From the NCBI GenBank assembly GCA_029210125.1, contig JARGPR010000002.1, positions 18,919 through 82,918 of the forward strand: 64,000 nucleotides of DNA, written 5' to 3'. Below are positions 54,456-64,000 of this stretch, in pieces. A program made the translations under genes and the position numbers. The DNA comes from Pseudomonadales bacterium. Lineage in GTDB: Bacteria > Pseudomonadota > Gammaproteobacteria > Pseudomonadales > JAHRWD01. The notes beneath the pieces were generated by a model, which saw only the letters and a program-made list of their open reading frames with translations, was not told the origin of the DNA and searched no databases. The stretch's first letter is position 1, and each line of letters opens with the position of its first letter.

Positions 54456-56882
54456 TTAATCCGTCTCAACTACTTCCTGGATTATTTGATGCACTTCAGA
54501 GCTAATTGACAGGGTTAAATCAACAACAAATTCTTCAGGGAAGGTATCAAAACTCAGTTGGCGCTCATCATCCAATCGGATCATGCTAGTGGATTTCAGC
54601 GTTTGAATAAAGCCTCTGATCAAACCTCGATCGGAGTGGTCGGCTTCACTAACTCCTAACAACTGAGTGATACGTTTTAGGACTTTAAAATAGCGTTTCT
54701 CTAGTACGATCTGCTTTAGCTGCCCACTACCACTTTTGTTCAGTAACTCTACAAGCATGGCGTATCGTTGCAAGGTGGGTTGTATCAAAGTTGAAAAACT
54801 TTCCAGGGCAACTAAATCACTGCTAACGTGATAAATGCGCCAGAAATCATTTTCTAAAACAATCATTCCCTGGTCACTAAAGGAACTTAAGCACTGCTGG
54901 ATATGAGCTGCTAGCTCAGCATCATTCCAATGCAAAATAAAATCTTCCCTTAGAAAAGGATAAATATTAAAAACCGCCTTAACCAGGCGTTCGTTCGTAA
55001 TTTCACCGTGCAACTTAATCAACTTAATAATAAGAGCAGGTATCACAAAAATATGAATAATATTATTACGGTAGTAACTCATTATGGGTGCTGAAGCCGA
55101 ATCAAAACCAACAACTGAATCTACGTGATCTAGAAGCTTCAACTCCTCAACATATGTGATGATCTCTGCCGGACTCAATGCCGTTACCGAAATATCCCTA
55201 CTGTAGGGCGCATGCTTACAAAGTTCTAAACAGATGCTAAGTTCTGCTTCAAGCTGATTGATAGATGCTTTTCCTTGGGATGAGCAAAGTAGCATCAAGG
55301 AAACGAGATTGACGGGATTAACCGCAGCTGCACGGTTAATACGCGTGACAACCTGATCTCCAATCTGATTTACTGCCTGATTTAACCAGCCTGGCTTATC
55401 ATTTCCAGATTCAAGCGTTTTTCTCCAGTCCGGTTTATATTCGTCGAGAAAATGACCCACGATGATGGGTTCTGAAAAATTTACTGTCACTTTCCCGAAC
55501 GAATCTCTCAAACCTTTCAGGGTTGAAAATACATCAAAAACCGATTCACTCTTTTTTGTCGCTCCCTCCAACTCTTTCTGATAACTAGTAACTTCAATTA
55601 TCTTTTCATAACCAATATATACCGGTACAAATACCAACGGTTTTTGCTCTCGTAGATAGGTTCGAGCGGTCATGGAAATCAAGCCGGTTTTTGCTGGTAA
55701 CGTGCGGCCGGAACGACTACGGCCGCCTTCAACAAAATACTCCATTGAGTGCCCGCGCGCATAAACCATTCCCATATACTCATTAAATACCGCAGTATAT
55801 AAGCGCTGATTCTTAAAAGAACGGCGCATATAAAACGCACCTACTTTGCGTAGCAGAGCCCCTGCAACTGGCATATTTAGATTCACCCCAGCAGCAATAT
55901 GCGGAAGCGCAAGGCCCTGGCCATATAGAACGTAGGACAGTAACAAATAGTCGATATGGCTGCGATGGCAAGGTACGTAGACAATCGCATTTTCCTTTGC
56001 GATATCTTTAACGCGGTCGGCATGATTAACTTCAATACCTTTATACATGCGCTTCCAGAGCAGCGTCAGACCCCAGTCAAATATTTTTACTACCGGATAG
56101 CTCAGATCTGAACATATCTCGAGAGCGTCTTTTTTCGCTTGCTTACGCACATCTGCGTAATGTCTGTTTTGATCTTTTGCTTCCAGTTCGATTGCTTTAC
56201 GGACTGAAGGGGAATCGATCAGGGTATTGATCATGGTTTTTCGATGGGATAATTCAGGCCCCACAATTGAGGTGCGCACCTGCCGGAAATGAACACGTAA
56301 TACTCGAAATAGTTTACGCTCAGCCCTGGCTGATTCCATTTTTTCATCGATCAATGCCCGCACGGAAACAGGTCGGCTAAATTGAACGAAGACGTTGCGC
56401 CCATTCATCAAAATGATCAAAAATTTCCGGAATGGGCTGGCTAACTTTCGCCCACTCCCAAATAACATGGATTTGAGACCACGTTGCTTCTCAGGATGAT
56501 AGCCCCAATAAACCGATACTGGAATTAACTGCACATCTTCTAATTGATCTGCGCATAGTAGGCTCACTAATTCCGTAGCTGAATCTGAATACTGGCGACT
56601 GCTGCTACGTTTGAACAACACGCCTTCGTTCCGCTTAAGAACAAAAAAACCACGTTTTTGGGCAAGTTGATCGATCTCAGAATACTGATACGGGCTTGGT
56701 AAATTGTTGTCCTTGCATATCTGGTCTACCACCAGCAGGTCAGCGTAGGAGCGATACTCAAGCACATAAAATATGGGCTGGTCTTCACGCAACACCTCTT
56801 TCAATTCACTATTACCGTGAACTTTTGTTTTCACCCAGGCGTTGAGAAGTGACCTATAGACCCTGTAGACGAATGTTCGCAT
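54456..56882 (-). CDS. plsB: glycerol-3-phosphate 1-O-acyltransferase PlsB
   Basis: 808 aa. Acyltransferase HX4D motif 'CHRSHIDYLLLSY', 'YFVEGGRSRSGR', 'VPVYIGYEK'. Confidence 0.95.
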   Translation of the reverse strand: MRTFVYRVYRSLLNAWVKTKVHGNSELKEVLREDQPIFYVLEYRSYADLLVVDQICKDNNLPSPYQYSEIDQLAQKRGFFVLKRNEGVLFKRSSSRQYSDSATELVSLLCADQLEDVQLIPVSVYWGYHPEKQRGLKSMLFGSGRKLASPFRKFLIILMNGRNVFVQFSRPVSVRALIDEKMESARAERKLFRVLRVHFRQVRTSIVGPELSHRKTMINTLIDSPSVRKAIELEAKDQNRHYADVRKQAKKDALEICSDLSYPVVKIFDWGLTLLWKRMYKGIEVNHADRVKDIAKENAIVYVPCHRSHIDYLLLSYVLYGQGLALPHIAAGVNLNMPVAGALLRKVGAFYMRRSFKNQRLYTAVFNEYMGMVYARGHSMEYFVEGGRSRSGRTLPAKTGLISMTARTYLREQKPLVFVPVYIGYEKIIEVTSYQKELEGATKKSESVFDVFSTLKGLRDSFGKVTVNFSEPIIVGHFLDEYKPDWRKTLESGNDKPGWLNQAVNQIGDQVVTRINRAAAVNPVNLVSLMLLCSSQGKASINQLEAELSICLELCKHAPYSRDISVTALSPAEIITYVEELKLLDHVDSVVGFDSASAPIMSYYRNNIIHIFVIPALIIKLIKLHGEITNERLVKAVFNIYPFLREDFILHWNDAELAAHIQQCLSSFSDQGMIVLENDFWRIYHVSSDLVALESFSTLIQPTLQRYAMLVELLNKSGSGQLKQIVLEKRYFKVLKRITQLLGVSEADHSDRGLIRGFIQTLKSTSMIRLDDERQLSFDTFPEEFVVDLTLSISSEVHQIIQEVVETD

Positions 56883-56940
56883 AATCGTTACGCAACCTGT
56901 TTGGAAATTTCAGGAAGTAGATAAAAACCAAGCAGGCCGG

Positions 56941-57384
56941 TCAAATCCCGCTTATAAAACGCCGTATAAGCGGAAGTTGTTTATACATATCAAAACCAGC
57001 GTTAGCAGCTAGCTCAAGGTATTTGTGGGATTGCTCAATATCACGTCTGATGGAAATTATGGACCAAAGGATCGTACAGCGATTTCCAGTTCGGCAAAAT
57101 GAAAACACTGGCGCTGCTGCGTTATCTAATGCCGATTGCATTGCATTAATTTCGGCTTCGCTGATGGTATTTAGATTGATAGGTATAAAATGATATTCGA
57201 GACCAAGCTTTGCAGCCATCTCTGAAAACTCAGCATTTGAAGGTTGGTCATCGGCTTCATGATCAGGACGATTGTTGATCACCGTCTTAAAACCCAAAGC
57301 CTTAACCTCTTTCAGATCAGAGACTGCAATTTGCATATTTGAACTGAATATATCAGATAATTTTGCAGGCTTTAACATGTCCAA
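56941..57384 (-). CDS. DUF442/TIGR01244-type phosphatase-fold (sulfur-transferase-like) protein
   Basis: 147 aa. 'VINNRPDHE' and the 'FCRTGNRCT' Cys-loop resemble the BLH/DUF442 family. Confidence 0.55.
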   Translation of the reverse strand: MDMLKPAKLSDIFSSNMQIAVSDLKEVKALGFKTVINNRPDHEADDQPSNAEFSEMAAKLGLEYHFIPINLNTISEAEINAMQSALDNAAAPVFSFCRTGNRCTILWSIISIRRDIEQSHKYLELAANAGFDMYKQLPLIRRFISGI

Positions 57385-57420
57385 ATCCTGATCGCTTTTA
57401 CGAATATTTTTAGCAATTCA

Positions 57421-57457
57421 AAACGAAACAAGCCCGCAATAAAGCGGGCTTGTTTTC
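57421..57457 (-). terminator. rho-independent terminator after rplS
   Basis: ACAAGCCCGC (57428-57437) and GCGGGCTTGT (57444-57453) form a 10-bp stem. On the minus strand it is followed by TTTCGTTTT. Confidence 0.8.
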
Positions 57458-57473
57458 ACATAAAGAAATTTGT

Positions 57474-57827
57474 TTAGCCAACTTTCTCTTTGATTCGAGC
57501 AGCTTTACCGGCAAGTTCGCGCAGATAGTACAACTTGGCTTGACGCACATCACCACGTCGTTTGACGACGATTTCAGAAATCAAGGGACTATGGGTCTGA
57601 AACGTACGCTCAACACCGACACCATGGGAAGTTTTACGAACGGTGAATGATGAGTTGATCGCCCGATTTTTCTTTGCAATCACAACACCTTCGAAAGCCT
57701 GAAGTCGCTCACGTGTTCCTTCTTTCACTTTAACCTGAACAGTTACAGTATCGCCAGGGCTAAACTCTGGCAAATCGGTTTTCATTTGTGCCGCTTCAAT
57801 TTCAGAAATAATCTTGTTGGTGCTCAT
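57474..57827 (-). CDS. rplS: 50S ribosomal protein L19
   Basis: 117 aa. '[36 protein letters not shown]'. Confidence 0.97.
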   Translation of the reverse strand: MSTNKIISEIEAAQMKTDLPEFSPGDTVTVQVKVKEGTRERLQAFEGVVIAKKNRAINSSFTVRKTSHGVGVERTFQTHSPLISEIVVKRRGDVRQAKLYYLRELAGKAARIKEKVG

Positions 57828-57884
57828 AACGCGCTCTTTATGTAGTTCAGGTTATTGTTCAAATATTTTGTCCGGACCACCAAA

Positions 57885-58640
57885 CTAACTGGTGGTTTCC
57901 GACTGTTGCCACTCTTTAATAAATTCTTCCAGAAGCTGTTCTTGCTCCGGACTTAATTCCTTATCCTTGAGTAAATCCGGTCTTTTCAACCAGGTAACCC
58001 CCAGGGATTGCTTGAGACGCCAGCTGCGGATTCGCTCGTGATTCCCACTAAGCAAAACCTCCGGAACAGGCCGCCCTTCAAACATTTCTGGCCTAGTGTA
58101 GTGGGGAAAATCCAGCAACCCTTCTGAAAAAGAATCACTCTGGGCTGATGCATCATGCCCTAATACCCCGGGGATCAAGCGTGTTACCGCATCGATCACC
58201 ACCATTGCCGCAAGTTCGCCCCCGGACAGTACAAAATCACCGAGGGACCACTGCTGATCGACTTCCATATTGATCAATCTTTCATCGATACCTTCGTATC
58301 GACCGGAGATCAAAAGTAATTTTTTCTGATCAACTAATGTATTCAATTTCTCCTGGTTTAGCCTCTCACCCTGGGGTGAAAGATAGACTGTCAACACGTC
58401 AGCCCCCAGATTTTGCCTTGCCGCAGAGATTGCATCTCGCAATGGCTCTACTTTCATCAACATACCCGGGCCACCACCGTAGGGTCGGTCATCCACGGTT
58501 CGATGCTGATCCTGAGTATAGTCTCGAGGGTTCCAGCATTGCAGAGACAGTAACTCTCGTTTGACTGCTCTGCCGGTAACTCCATACTTGATGACCGTTT
58601 GAACCATCTCGGGAAAAAGTGTGATCACCCCAATTTGCAT
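57885..58640 (-). CDS. trmD: tRNA (guanine37-N1)-methyltransferase TrmD
   Basis: '[12 protein letters not shown]...YGVTGRAVK...[17 protein letters not shown]'. Start at 58640 by alignment to known TrmD N-termini. Confidence 0.95.
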   Translation of the reverse strand: MQIGVITLFPEMVQTVIKYGVTGRAVKRELLSLQCWNPRDYTQDQHRTVDDRPYGGGPGMLMKVEPLRDAISAARQNLGADVLTVYLSPQGERLNQEKLNTLVDQKKLLLISGRYEGIDERLINMEVDQQWSLGDFVLSGGELAAMVVIDAVTRLIPGVLGHDASAQSDSFSEGLLDFPHYTRPEMFEGRPVPEVLLSGNHERIRSWRLKQSLGVTWLKRPDLLKDKELSPEQEQLLEEFIKEWQQSETTS

Positions 58641-58662
58641 TGAGTTTCCCCAGAGCTGTTTG

Positions 58663-59199
58663 CTAAAAATCTTCGTCCCAGTCAACCGTGATCATTTCTG
58701 AATCAAGATTAACACTCTGAACCACTGTACCGGGTAAATATGGTATCAACCGTTCCTTTTTATCGACGCTATTGTCACAGGCTTTCACCACTAATACGTC
58801 GTTTGCGCCGGTCTCTAACATTGAATCGACACGGCCTAACAGCCTTATTTCGGTACTTTGTACCTTAAGCCCAATCAGCTGGCTCCAGTAGTAATCGCCC
58901 TCATCCAGTTCCGCCAATGCTGATCTCGGAACGGAAAATTCCACACCACGATACAACTCTGCCTGGGTTCGGGTATCGCACCCCTTCAGGTATGCAACAA
59001 AACCTTTACCATGAGGCTTCCACTCTTCGATTTTGATCGGCAGCGGTTTTGGGTCAGATACTTCAAGCCGAATACCGGAGTACTGAAAAAAATTCTCTTC
59101 AGGCTCTGTATAGGAATGAATTCGAACCCAACCATGTACACCAAAAGCTGCAGTGATTTTCCCGATAATGACCTTTCCAGTATTTTCGGGACGATTCAA
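58663..59199 (-). CDS. rimM: 16S rRNA processing protein RimM
   Basis: '[21 protein letters not shown]' N-terminal motif. Positioned between rpsP and trmD. Confidence 0.9.
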   Translation of the reverse strand: MNRPENTGKVIIGKITAAFGVHGWVRIHSYTEPEENFFQYSGIRLEVSDPKPLPIKIEEWKPHGKGFVAYLKGCDTRTQAELYRGVEFSVPRSALAELDEGDYYWSQLIGLKVQSTEIRLLGRVDSMLETGANDVLVVKACDNSVDKKERLIPYLPGTVVQSVNLDSEMITVDWDEDF

Positions 59200-59241
59200 T
59201 TACTAGACCTAGTCAATCTACTAAATTTAGCAAGAAAACCC

Positions 59242-59502
59242 TTAAGCTGCAGCCGCTACTGAAGCTGAGTTTTTCTTCAGCAAGCCGGCAACACGATCAC
59301 TCGGCTGTGCGCCCTGAGAAATCCAGTAATCAATGCGAGCCTGGTCAACACGAAGTGTTTCTTCCTGACCACGAGCCATAGGGTTAAAAAAACCTACACG
59401 CTCAATAAATGCACCATTACGAGCACGGCGACTATCCGCTACGGTCAAATGATAAAAAGGACGCTTCTTAGAGCCCCCGCGAGCTAGACGAATAGTTACC
59501 AT
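59242..59502 (-). CDS. rpsP: 30S ribosomal protein S16
   Basis: '[41 protein letters not shown]'. Confidence 0.97.
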   Translation of the reverse strand: MVTIRLARGGSKKRPFYHLTVADSRRARNGAFIERVGFFNPMARGQEETLRVDQARIDYWISQGAQPSDRVAGLLKKNSASVAAAA

Positions 59503-59680
59503 CCAGTCAATCTCCTAATATTTTAAATATTTTAATGGGCCACCCCCCAAATCCGGCCATAGGCGCGGATAACAGAAGATAACTGTAACAAAAAAAGGTG
59601 CGGTATTTTACGCGATTACAGAAGCATTTGAAATACTAAATAGTAAAAAATCACGCTACAGGTCGTTAGATTAGGCAAAT

Positions 59681-61777
59681 TCAGTGGGTTTGCGGACCTA
59701 TTTCAGATGAAGGCCGAGCTGGGCACAGGTAAATCGCACCAATGCTCAGCAAACCCAGGCCGGACAACCACCCATTTCCATGGGGCCATAACAACAGAAC
59801 AGTAGCCACCACCAAAACCAATCGTATCCATATCGATAATGCTGACTTCATATATCCTTGAAATGCGGCAGCTATCGCATACAGGCCTACCGCGGACATC
59901 GCAAAAACTGTACTTTTTTCCAGCAAGTTTCCAGTTATCAAGGGCGAATAGGCAAACAACAACGGTATTAAATACAGCCCTTTAGCCATCTTCCAGGCCG
60001 TGAAGCCTGTTGCCATTGGCGGGCTTCCGGAAATCGCGGCAGCGGAAAACGCGCACATACAGACCGGCGGCGTTACATTGCTATCCTGGGACAGCCAAAA
60101 AATAATCAGGTGTGCGCTCAGCAGTATCAGCGATATCGAGACTGGATCGATCATTTGGTCACGAACCAAAGATAAAAAATCGACGGGGATTTCCGCTAAT
60201 AAACGTTCTGCCTCAGTGATACTCAGACCCTGACCAAGGTCATAACCCATCGCACCAGAAAACATCGACAACATGGCGATTACATCCTGCGACAGGTCAC
60301 CGGCCGCTATCATTTCGACCAACTGCGCGCGTGTCATCAACTCATACAACAATGGAGCACAAAGTGTCGCCATAACAATGTAAGAAGCCGTTACGGGCAG
60401 CCCTGCTCCGAGAATCAATGATGCCCCCGCGATCAACACAATCGCAAACAACAAACTACCACCAGACCATTCCACGATCATCAGGGAGAAGGTATTGCCG
60501 AAACCGGTTGTAGTGACGACGTTGACGATCAGGCCAATCGCGATCAACAGGCTCGCCGTCGGTATCATATTCTTGGTTCCATCAACCAGCGCTTGCTGGA
60601 TATCCTTCAGCTTCATCGGCTTCGGCGATATCCACGATGCTGCAATTACAGCCAATATTGCGATTACAGCAGAAAAACTGGCACTAAAACCCCAAACCAA
60701 CATCGTCACTAGTGTTGCTAGAGGAATCAAATAGTGCCAGCCCTGAGAGATCACAGCCCTCACAGAAAGCCTAGGCTCATCCATTTCACTCAAACCCAGC
60801 CGCCTGGCTTCGATTCGCACATAAAATGCTACCGATAAAAAATAGAGCAATGCGGGCAGAATCGAAACTGCAACGATTGTCATGTAAGACATCTGCGTGT
60901 AACTGGCCATCACAAAAGCTCCAGCCCCCATCACCGGCGGCATAAGCTGCCCGCCAGTGGAAGCCGCTGCCTCTATTCCAGCTGCAAAACGTGGTGTAAA
61001 TCCAAAACGCTTCATCATTGGAATGGTCACAACCCCGGTAGATGCTGTATTAGCTACCGCCGATCCGGAAACTGATCCCATCAACCCGGACCCTACTACC
61101 GCCACCAACCCTGGGCCACCAACTGTACGACCAGCCAAACAACGAGCCAGATCTATCAAAAACTCACCGGCGCCCGAAACCAATAAAAAGGCACCGAATA
61201 AAATAAATGGGTAGACATAACTTGCGGAAATAATGGTGATGCTTCCCAAAACCCCTTCACCACCAAAATAACTTCTAAACAACATGGTTTCGAGACTGAT
61301 ACCAGGGAAGGAAAATACACTGTCAAGCCAACTACCCCATACCGTTGAGTAGCTAAACGCTGCTACCACTAATACTGGGATTATCCAACCCGAGCTGCGA
61401 CGACAGAACTCAACAGCAAGTAACACTGCGGCGCCAGAGACCAGCCAGTCCCAGTTATTAAATTCGGTACCGCGCTGATATAAGTCCTCTTCGAACAACA
61501 TCAGGTAAAGCGCACAAGCTACCGCGACCAGGCCGATCAATAGATCCGCCATTAGTGCGATATAACCCCCGCCTGGGCTGCTTTCGGCAATGCTTCCGAA
61601 CGAAGCTGATTTGAATAGCGGAAAACCAAGAGCCACTAGAAGCCCGAAGCAACCAAAATGTATGGCCGCAAACCACAATTCGGACAAAGTTCCGAAGGTG
61701 TTCAAATATAGGTGCATCAGTGCCACGACCAACGCAACTAGTTGAATCAAACCCACTCGTATTTGATCAGCGCTCAT
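59681..61777 (-). CDS. TRAP transporter fused permease subunit (TAXI type)
   Basis: 698-aa polytopic protein. Fused DctQ/DctM-like layout, downstream of the TAXI binding-protein gene. Confidence 0.85.
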   Translation of the reverse strand: MSADQIRVGLIQLVALVVALMHLYLNTFGTLSELWFAAIHFGCFGLLVALGFPLFKSASFGSIAESSPGGGYIALMADLLIGLVAVACALYLMLFEEDLYQRGTEFNNWDWLVSGAAVLLAVEFCRRSSGWIIPVLVVAAFSYSTVWGSWLDSVFSFPGISLETMLFRSYFGGEGVLGSITIISASYVYPFILFGAFLLVSGAGEFLIDLARCLAGRTVGGPGLVAVVGSGLMGSVSGSAVANTASTGVVTIPMMKRFGFTPRFAAGIEAAASTGGQLMPPVMGAGAFVMASYTQMSYMTIVAVSILPALLYFLSVAFYVRIEARRLGLSEMDEPRLSVRAVISQGWHYLIPLATLVTMLVWGFSASFSAVIAILAVIAASWISPKPMKLKDIQQALVDGTKNMIPTASLLIAIGLIVNVVTTTGFGNTFSLMIVEWSGGSLLFAIVLIAGASLILGAGLPVTASYIVMATLCAPLLYELMTRAQLVEMIAAGDLSQDVIAMLSMFSGAMGYDLGQGLSITEAERLLAEIPVDFLSLVRDQMIDPVSISLILLSAHLIIFWLSQDSNVTPPVCMCAFSAAAISGSPPMATGFTAWKMAKGLYLIPLLFAYSPLITGNLLEKSTVFAMSAVGLYAIAAAFQGYMKSALSIWIRLVLVVATVLLLWPHGNGWLSGLGLLSIGAIYLCPARPSSEIGPQTH

Positions 61778-61817
61778 ATGAACTCACTATTTTTAGGAAC
61801 CTACAAATTATGAATAT

Positions 61818-62885
61818 TTACAACGCAGTAGGTGGAATGAGTTGCTCGGGAATCACTCTGCCCGCCTCACGATAAAATTTCAGCGCGCCAGGATGCAAAG
61901 GCAGTGGCAAGCCATCTACGGAGTGCTTCAGCGAGATTGCTTTAGTCGCTTTATGGATACTTCCCAAAAACCCAAGGTTTTCATAAATCACCCGGGTGAT
62001 TTCATAAACAGACTGCTCATCCACATCGGCTCGCACTACCAGTAATGTGGGTTGGGATGCGGTATTAACCGGTTTTGACTGGTACGGATAAGTACTCGCT
62101 GGGATCGTGTAACGGCTCCAGAGCGGGTACCGCTGGTTAATCCTTGCTAGTTGATCATCACTGACCTCCAATATTTTTAGTTGTCGCCCCCGTGCAGCAA
62201 ATACTCGTGTCACCGCACCAACCGGTGGCCCAGCAGGAATATTCATGCCTTTGATAACACCGTTTTGCAACGCCTGTGCGCTTGCCCCGTAACCCATGTA
62301 GACCGCTCTGTAGTGTTTGCCCTTAACGATACCCAGGCTTTCCAATATATGAAAACCAGACCCCGCTGTACCAGAATTACGTTTTCCCATCGAAAATTTT
62401 TCTAATTTTAGGTTCGCAAGATCAGCCAGAGAACCGCTACCCACCACCGCCTCATCGACCACAAAATGCTCAACGTTTTGCCATAACATGGTTACCGCCC
62501 GCAGCTCTGTTTGAGCGCCCTGCTTCTCAAAAGGGCCCTCACCGCTCCATGCCCAGGCCGCGTACAAACCCTGCAATATCGCAAATTGAACTTCATTTTT
62601 TCGCAGCATTTTGATGTTTTCAGCTGAACCTGCGGAGCTAATTGCGGACAGGGAGATACCCGTACCGGGCATCAATCTGAGCTTGGTTAAAGTAGCCAAA
62701 GCAACCCCAACTGGATAGAATGTACCGGCTGTTGTGGCCGTAGCAAGTATGTGCGCCCTGCTGGACTTATTATCAGCTTGATCCGTGGCGAGCGAGTATG
62801 GACTGAATACCAGAGCGGTAACACCAACACTAATAAACACCGCCCAAACACTTCTAAATCGGCTCAAAAATCCAAGATTCACCAT
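61818..62885 (-). CDS. TAXI-family TRAP transporter solute-binding subunit
   Basis: Signal peptide. 'LATATTAGTFYPVGVALATL', 'SAGSAENIKMLRKNEVQFAILQG' and 'PLHPGALKFYREAG' are typical of the TAXI/Imp family. Confidence 0.85.
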   Translation of the reverse strand: MVNLGFLSRFRSVWAVFISVGVTALVFSPYSLATDQADNKSSRAHILATATTAGTFYPVGVALATLTKLRLMPGTGISLSAISSAGSAENIKMLRKNEVQFAILQGLYAAWAWSGEGPFEKQGAQTELRAVTMLWQNVEHFVVDEAVVGSGSLADLANLKLEKFSMGKRNSGTAGSGFHILESLGIVKGKHYRAVYMGYGASAQALQNGVIKGMNIPAGPPVGAVTRVFAARGRQLKILEVSDDQLARINQRYPLWSRYTIPASTYPYQSKPVNTASQPTLLVVRADVDEQSVYEITRVIYENLGFLGSIHKATKAISLKHSVDGLPLPLHPGALKFYREAGRVIPEQLIPPTAL

Positions 62886-63004
62886 TTAATTTACGCCTTT
62901 CTTCAATTGTTTGATTGTAAGAACAGGGTGTTACGTTGCGTAACCACCCCGTAACAACACTAAAATTTGAGTAAGCCGCTGGCAGAACCTGCGGCCGGTA
63001 CATT

Positions 63005-64000
63005 ATGCTAAAAAATATCGCATTCTATTCATTTTTCTCCATTATATCCGCTGGCCTGTTCATCCCATTAGCCTCAGCGCACGAAGACCCTGAACACTTA
63101 CTAGAGCGCAGAATCCAATATCTCGAACAGATGATCGAAAAGCTTACCGAGCGTCTGGATAACGATGACAAGCACACGGTATATTCAAAACATGAACCGA
63201 TAGAGGCGAACTTGAGCGGCGGCCTCAAACTAAAAACAGCGGATAAAAAACGTGATTTCCAGGTAGGTGGACAAATCGCCATCAATCATGAGTGGATTCG
63301 CGGAGCCTACAATGCAGACCAACAAAATGGCACCCTCGCAACAGCTAATATGGGAGGTACTGCCCAAAAAACCGAAATGAGAAGCTTCTGGTTCCGCTTT
63401 TCGGGAACTGTCGACTACGACTGGAAATACCAGATGATGTTCGACATGAACAGCGGTCGGCCGTTTATGGGCTACATCCGCTACCAAGGCTTTGATGCTG
63501 GCAAGATCACCTTTGGCAAACAACGCGAAAGTTTTGGGCTGTCACGATTCAGTTCTGGACTAGCAGCGGAGGCCTCTGCGGTCTCACTGCGTATGGCACC
63601 ATTATTAAGCATGGGAATTGCCTTTAACGGCTATCACGATCGGTTCACCTATGCCTTCGGTATATTCCACGAAGATGAAAGCGATCCATTGCTGGACACC
63701 GATAATAGCGAAGAATACGCATTCTCGACCCGTGGCACTTGGGACCCAGTTCGAGAGCCCGGCGATATTTTACATTTTGGGATTTCGTTATCGAAACGCG
63801 ATTTTGGTGGTGGGCCATTCCAGATGATAAGCCGTATGGGCGCGCACACCATCGGCAGCTTCTATCCTGCCCAATCCGCGTCCTTTAATGCTAAATCCGG
63901 TGACTATGTAGGACTTGAGTTCGCTCTGGTTAATGGCCCCTGGACCGTATCCAGTGAACTGGTAAACGCACGGATCGATGAATTCAACAGCCCAACCACC
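63005..64000 (+). CDS. phosphate-selective porin O/P (OprO/OprP) family protein, 3' end outside window
   Basis: It is absent from the ORF track because it has no stop in the window. My manual translation from ATG 63005 is open for 332 codons to base 64000. Signal peptide 'FSIISAGLFIPLASA', coiled-coil 'LEQMIEKLTERL', 'ITFGKQRESFGL' and alternating beta-strand pattern. Confidence 0.7.
   Translation, partial: MLKNIAFYSFFSIISAGLFIPLASAHEDPEHLLERRIQYLEQMIEKLTERLDNDDKHTVYSKHEPIEANLSGGLKLKTADKKRDFQVGGQIAINHEWIRGAYNADQQNGTLATANMGGTAQKTEMRSFWFRFSGTVDYDWKYQMMFDMNSGRPFMGYIRYQGFDAGKITFGKQRESFGLSRFSSGLAAEASAVSLRMAPLLSMGIAFNGYHDRFTYAFGIFHEDESDPLLDTDNSEEYAFSTRGTWDPVREPGDILHFGISLSKRDFGGGPFQMISRMGAHTIGSFYPAQSASFNAKSGDYVGLEFALVNGPWTVSSELVNARIDEFNSPTT

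Noticed and set aside
59503-59680. ffh is not adjacent to rpsP, because a TAXI-TRAP transporter lies upstream of the rpsP-rimM-trmD-rplS operon instead.
   Set aside because: This is a simple synteny difference relative to enterics. It is not evidence of anything unusual without comparative data.
62930-62944. The GTTACGTTGCGTAAC palindrome, with a third CGTAAC copy, lies upstream of the porin gene. I also checked this spacer for a Pho box.
   Set aside because: The arms are only 6 bp, which is chance level. I found no CTGTCAT-type Pho-box repeats in the 119-bp spacer.
1-64000. I searched by eye for CRISPR arrays, tRNA/rRNA/tmRNA genes, prophage or integrase genes, and defence-type genes (nucleases, reverse transcriptases, STAND/AAA ATPases).
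   Set aside because: I saw no spaced direct-repeat array, no tRNA T-arm or acceptor signatures, no integrase or recombinase, and no recognisable defence gene. A visual scan can miss short RNAs. tRNAscan-SE, Infernal/Rfam and a CRISPR finder would settle it.

Overview
The window reads as a densely coding chromosomal segment of a gammaproteobacterium, probably marine. That is inferred from gene content and synteny (rapA, feoAB, msrPQ, ppc, plsB, rpsP-rimM-trmD-rplS, TAXI-TRAP, CYP153). I call about 50 protein genes. By eye there is no rRNA, tRNA, CRISPR array, prophage or intact mobile element.

Layout:
- 1-5.8 kb: hydrolase, HemD-like protein, an orphan CYP153 P450, srkA, a FemAB-like protein and DUF938.
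- 6-19 kb: rapA, a DUF5610-like acidic protein, Fur-box-preceded feoAB, an RND efflux pair and msrPQ.
- 19.6-30.4 kb: a six-gene signalling island. It holds two tandem paralogous hybrid kinases rich in pseudo-receivers, an REC-HD-GYP protein, a sensor-less MCP, a STAS protein and an REC-PP2C protein.
- 30.4-33.8 kb: a LolA-like protein, an atypical TonB-like protein and ApbE.
- 33.9-43.4 kb: a tightly coupled ten-gene operon. It encodes three large TPR proteins, small exported proteins, one ExbB/TolQ, two ExbD/TolR and an AgmX/PglI-type TonB-like protein.
- 43.5-45 kb: a MAPEG gene followed by about 1.1 kb of decayed DNA containing an internally deleted IS3-family transposase relic.
- 45-51.4 kb: a CusA/CzcA-type efflux module with a small PII-like protein and a membrane-anchored LuxR regulator.
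- 51.7-64 kb: housekeeping genes (ppc, plsB, the rpsP operon), a TAXI-TRAP transporter and a partial OprO/P-type porin.

The best candidate for an uncharacterised system is the 33.9-43.4 kb Ton/Tol-type motor operon. It resembles the Agl/Glt core and contains no TonB-dependent receptor. The signalling island is second: a partner-switch module that lacks its kinase, Hpt and sigma factor. All functional calls come from motif recognition in the translations. No database search was run.
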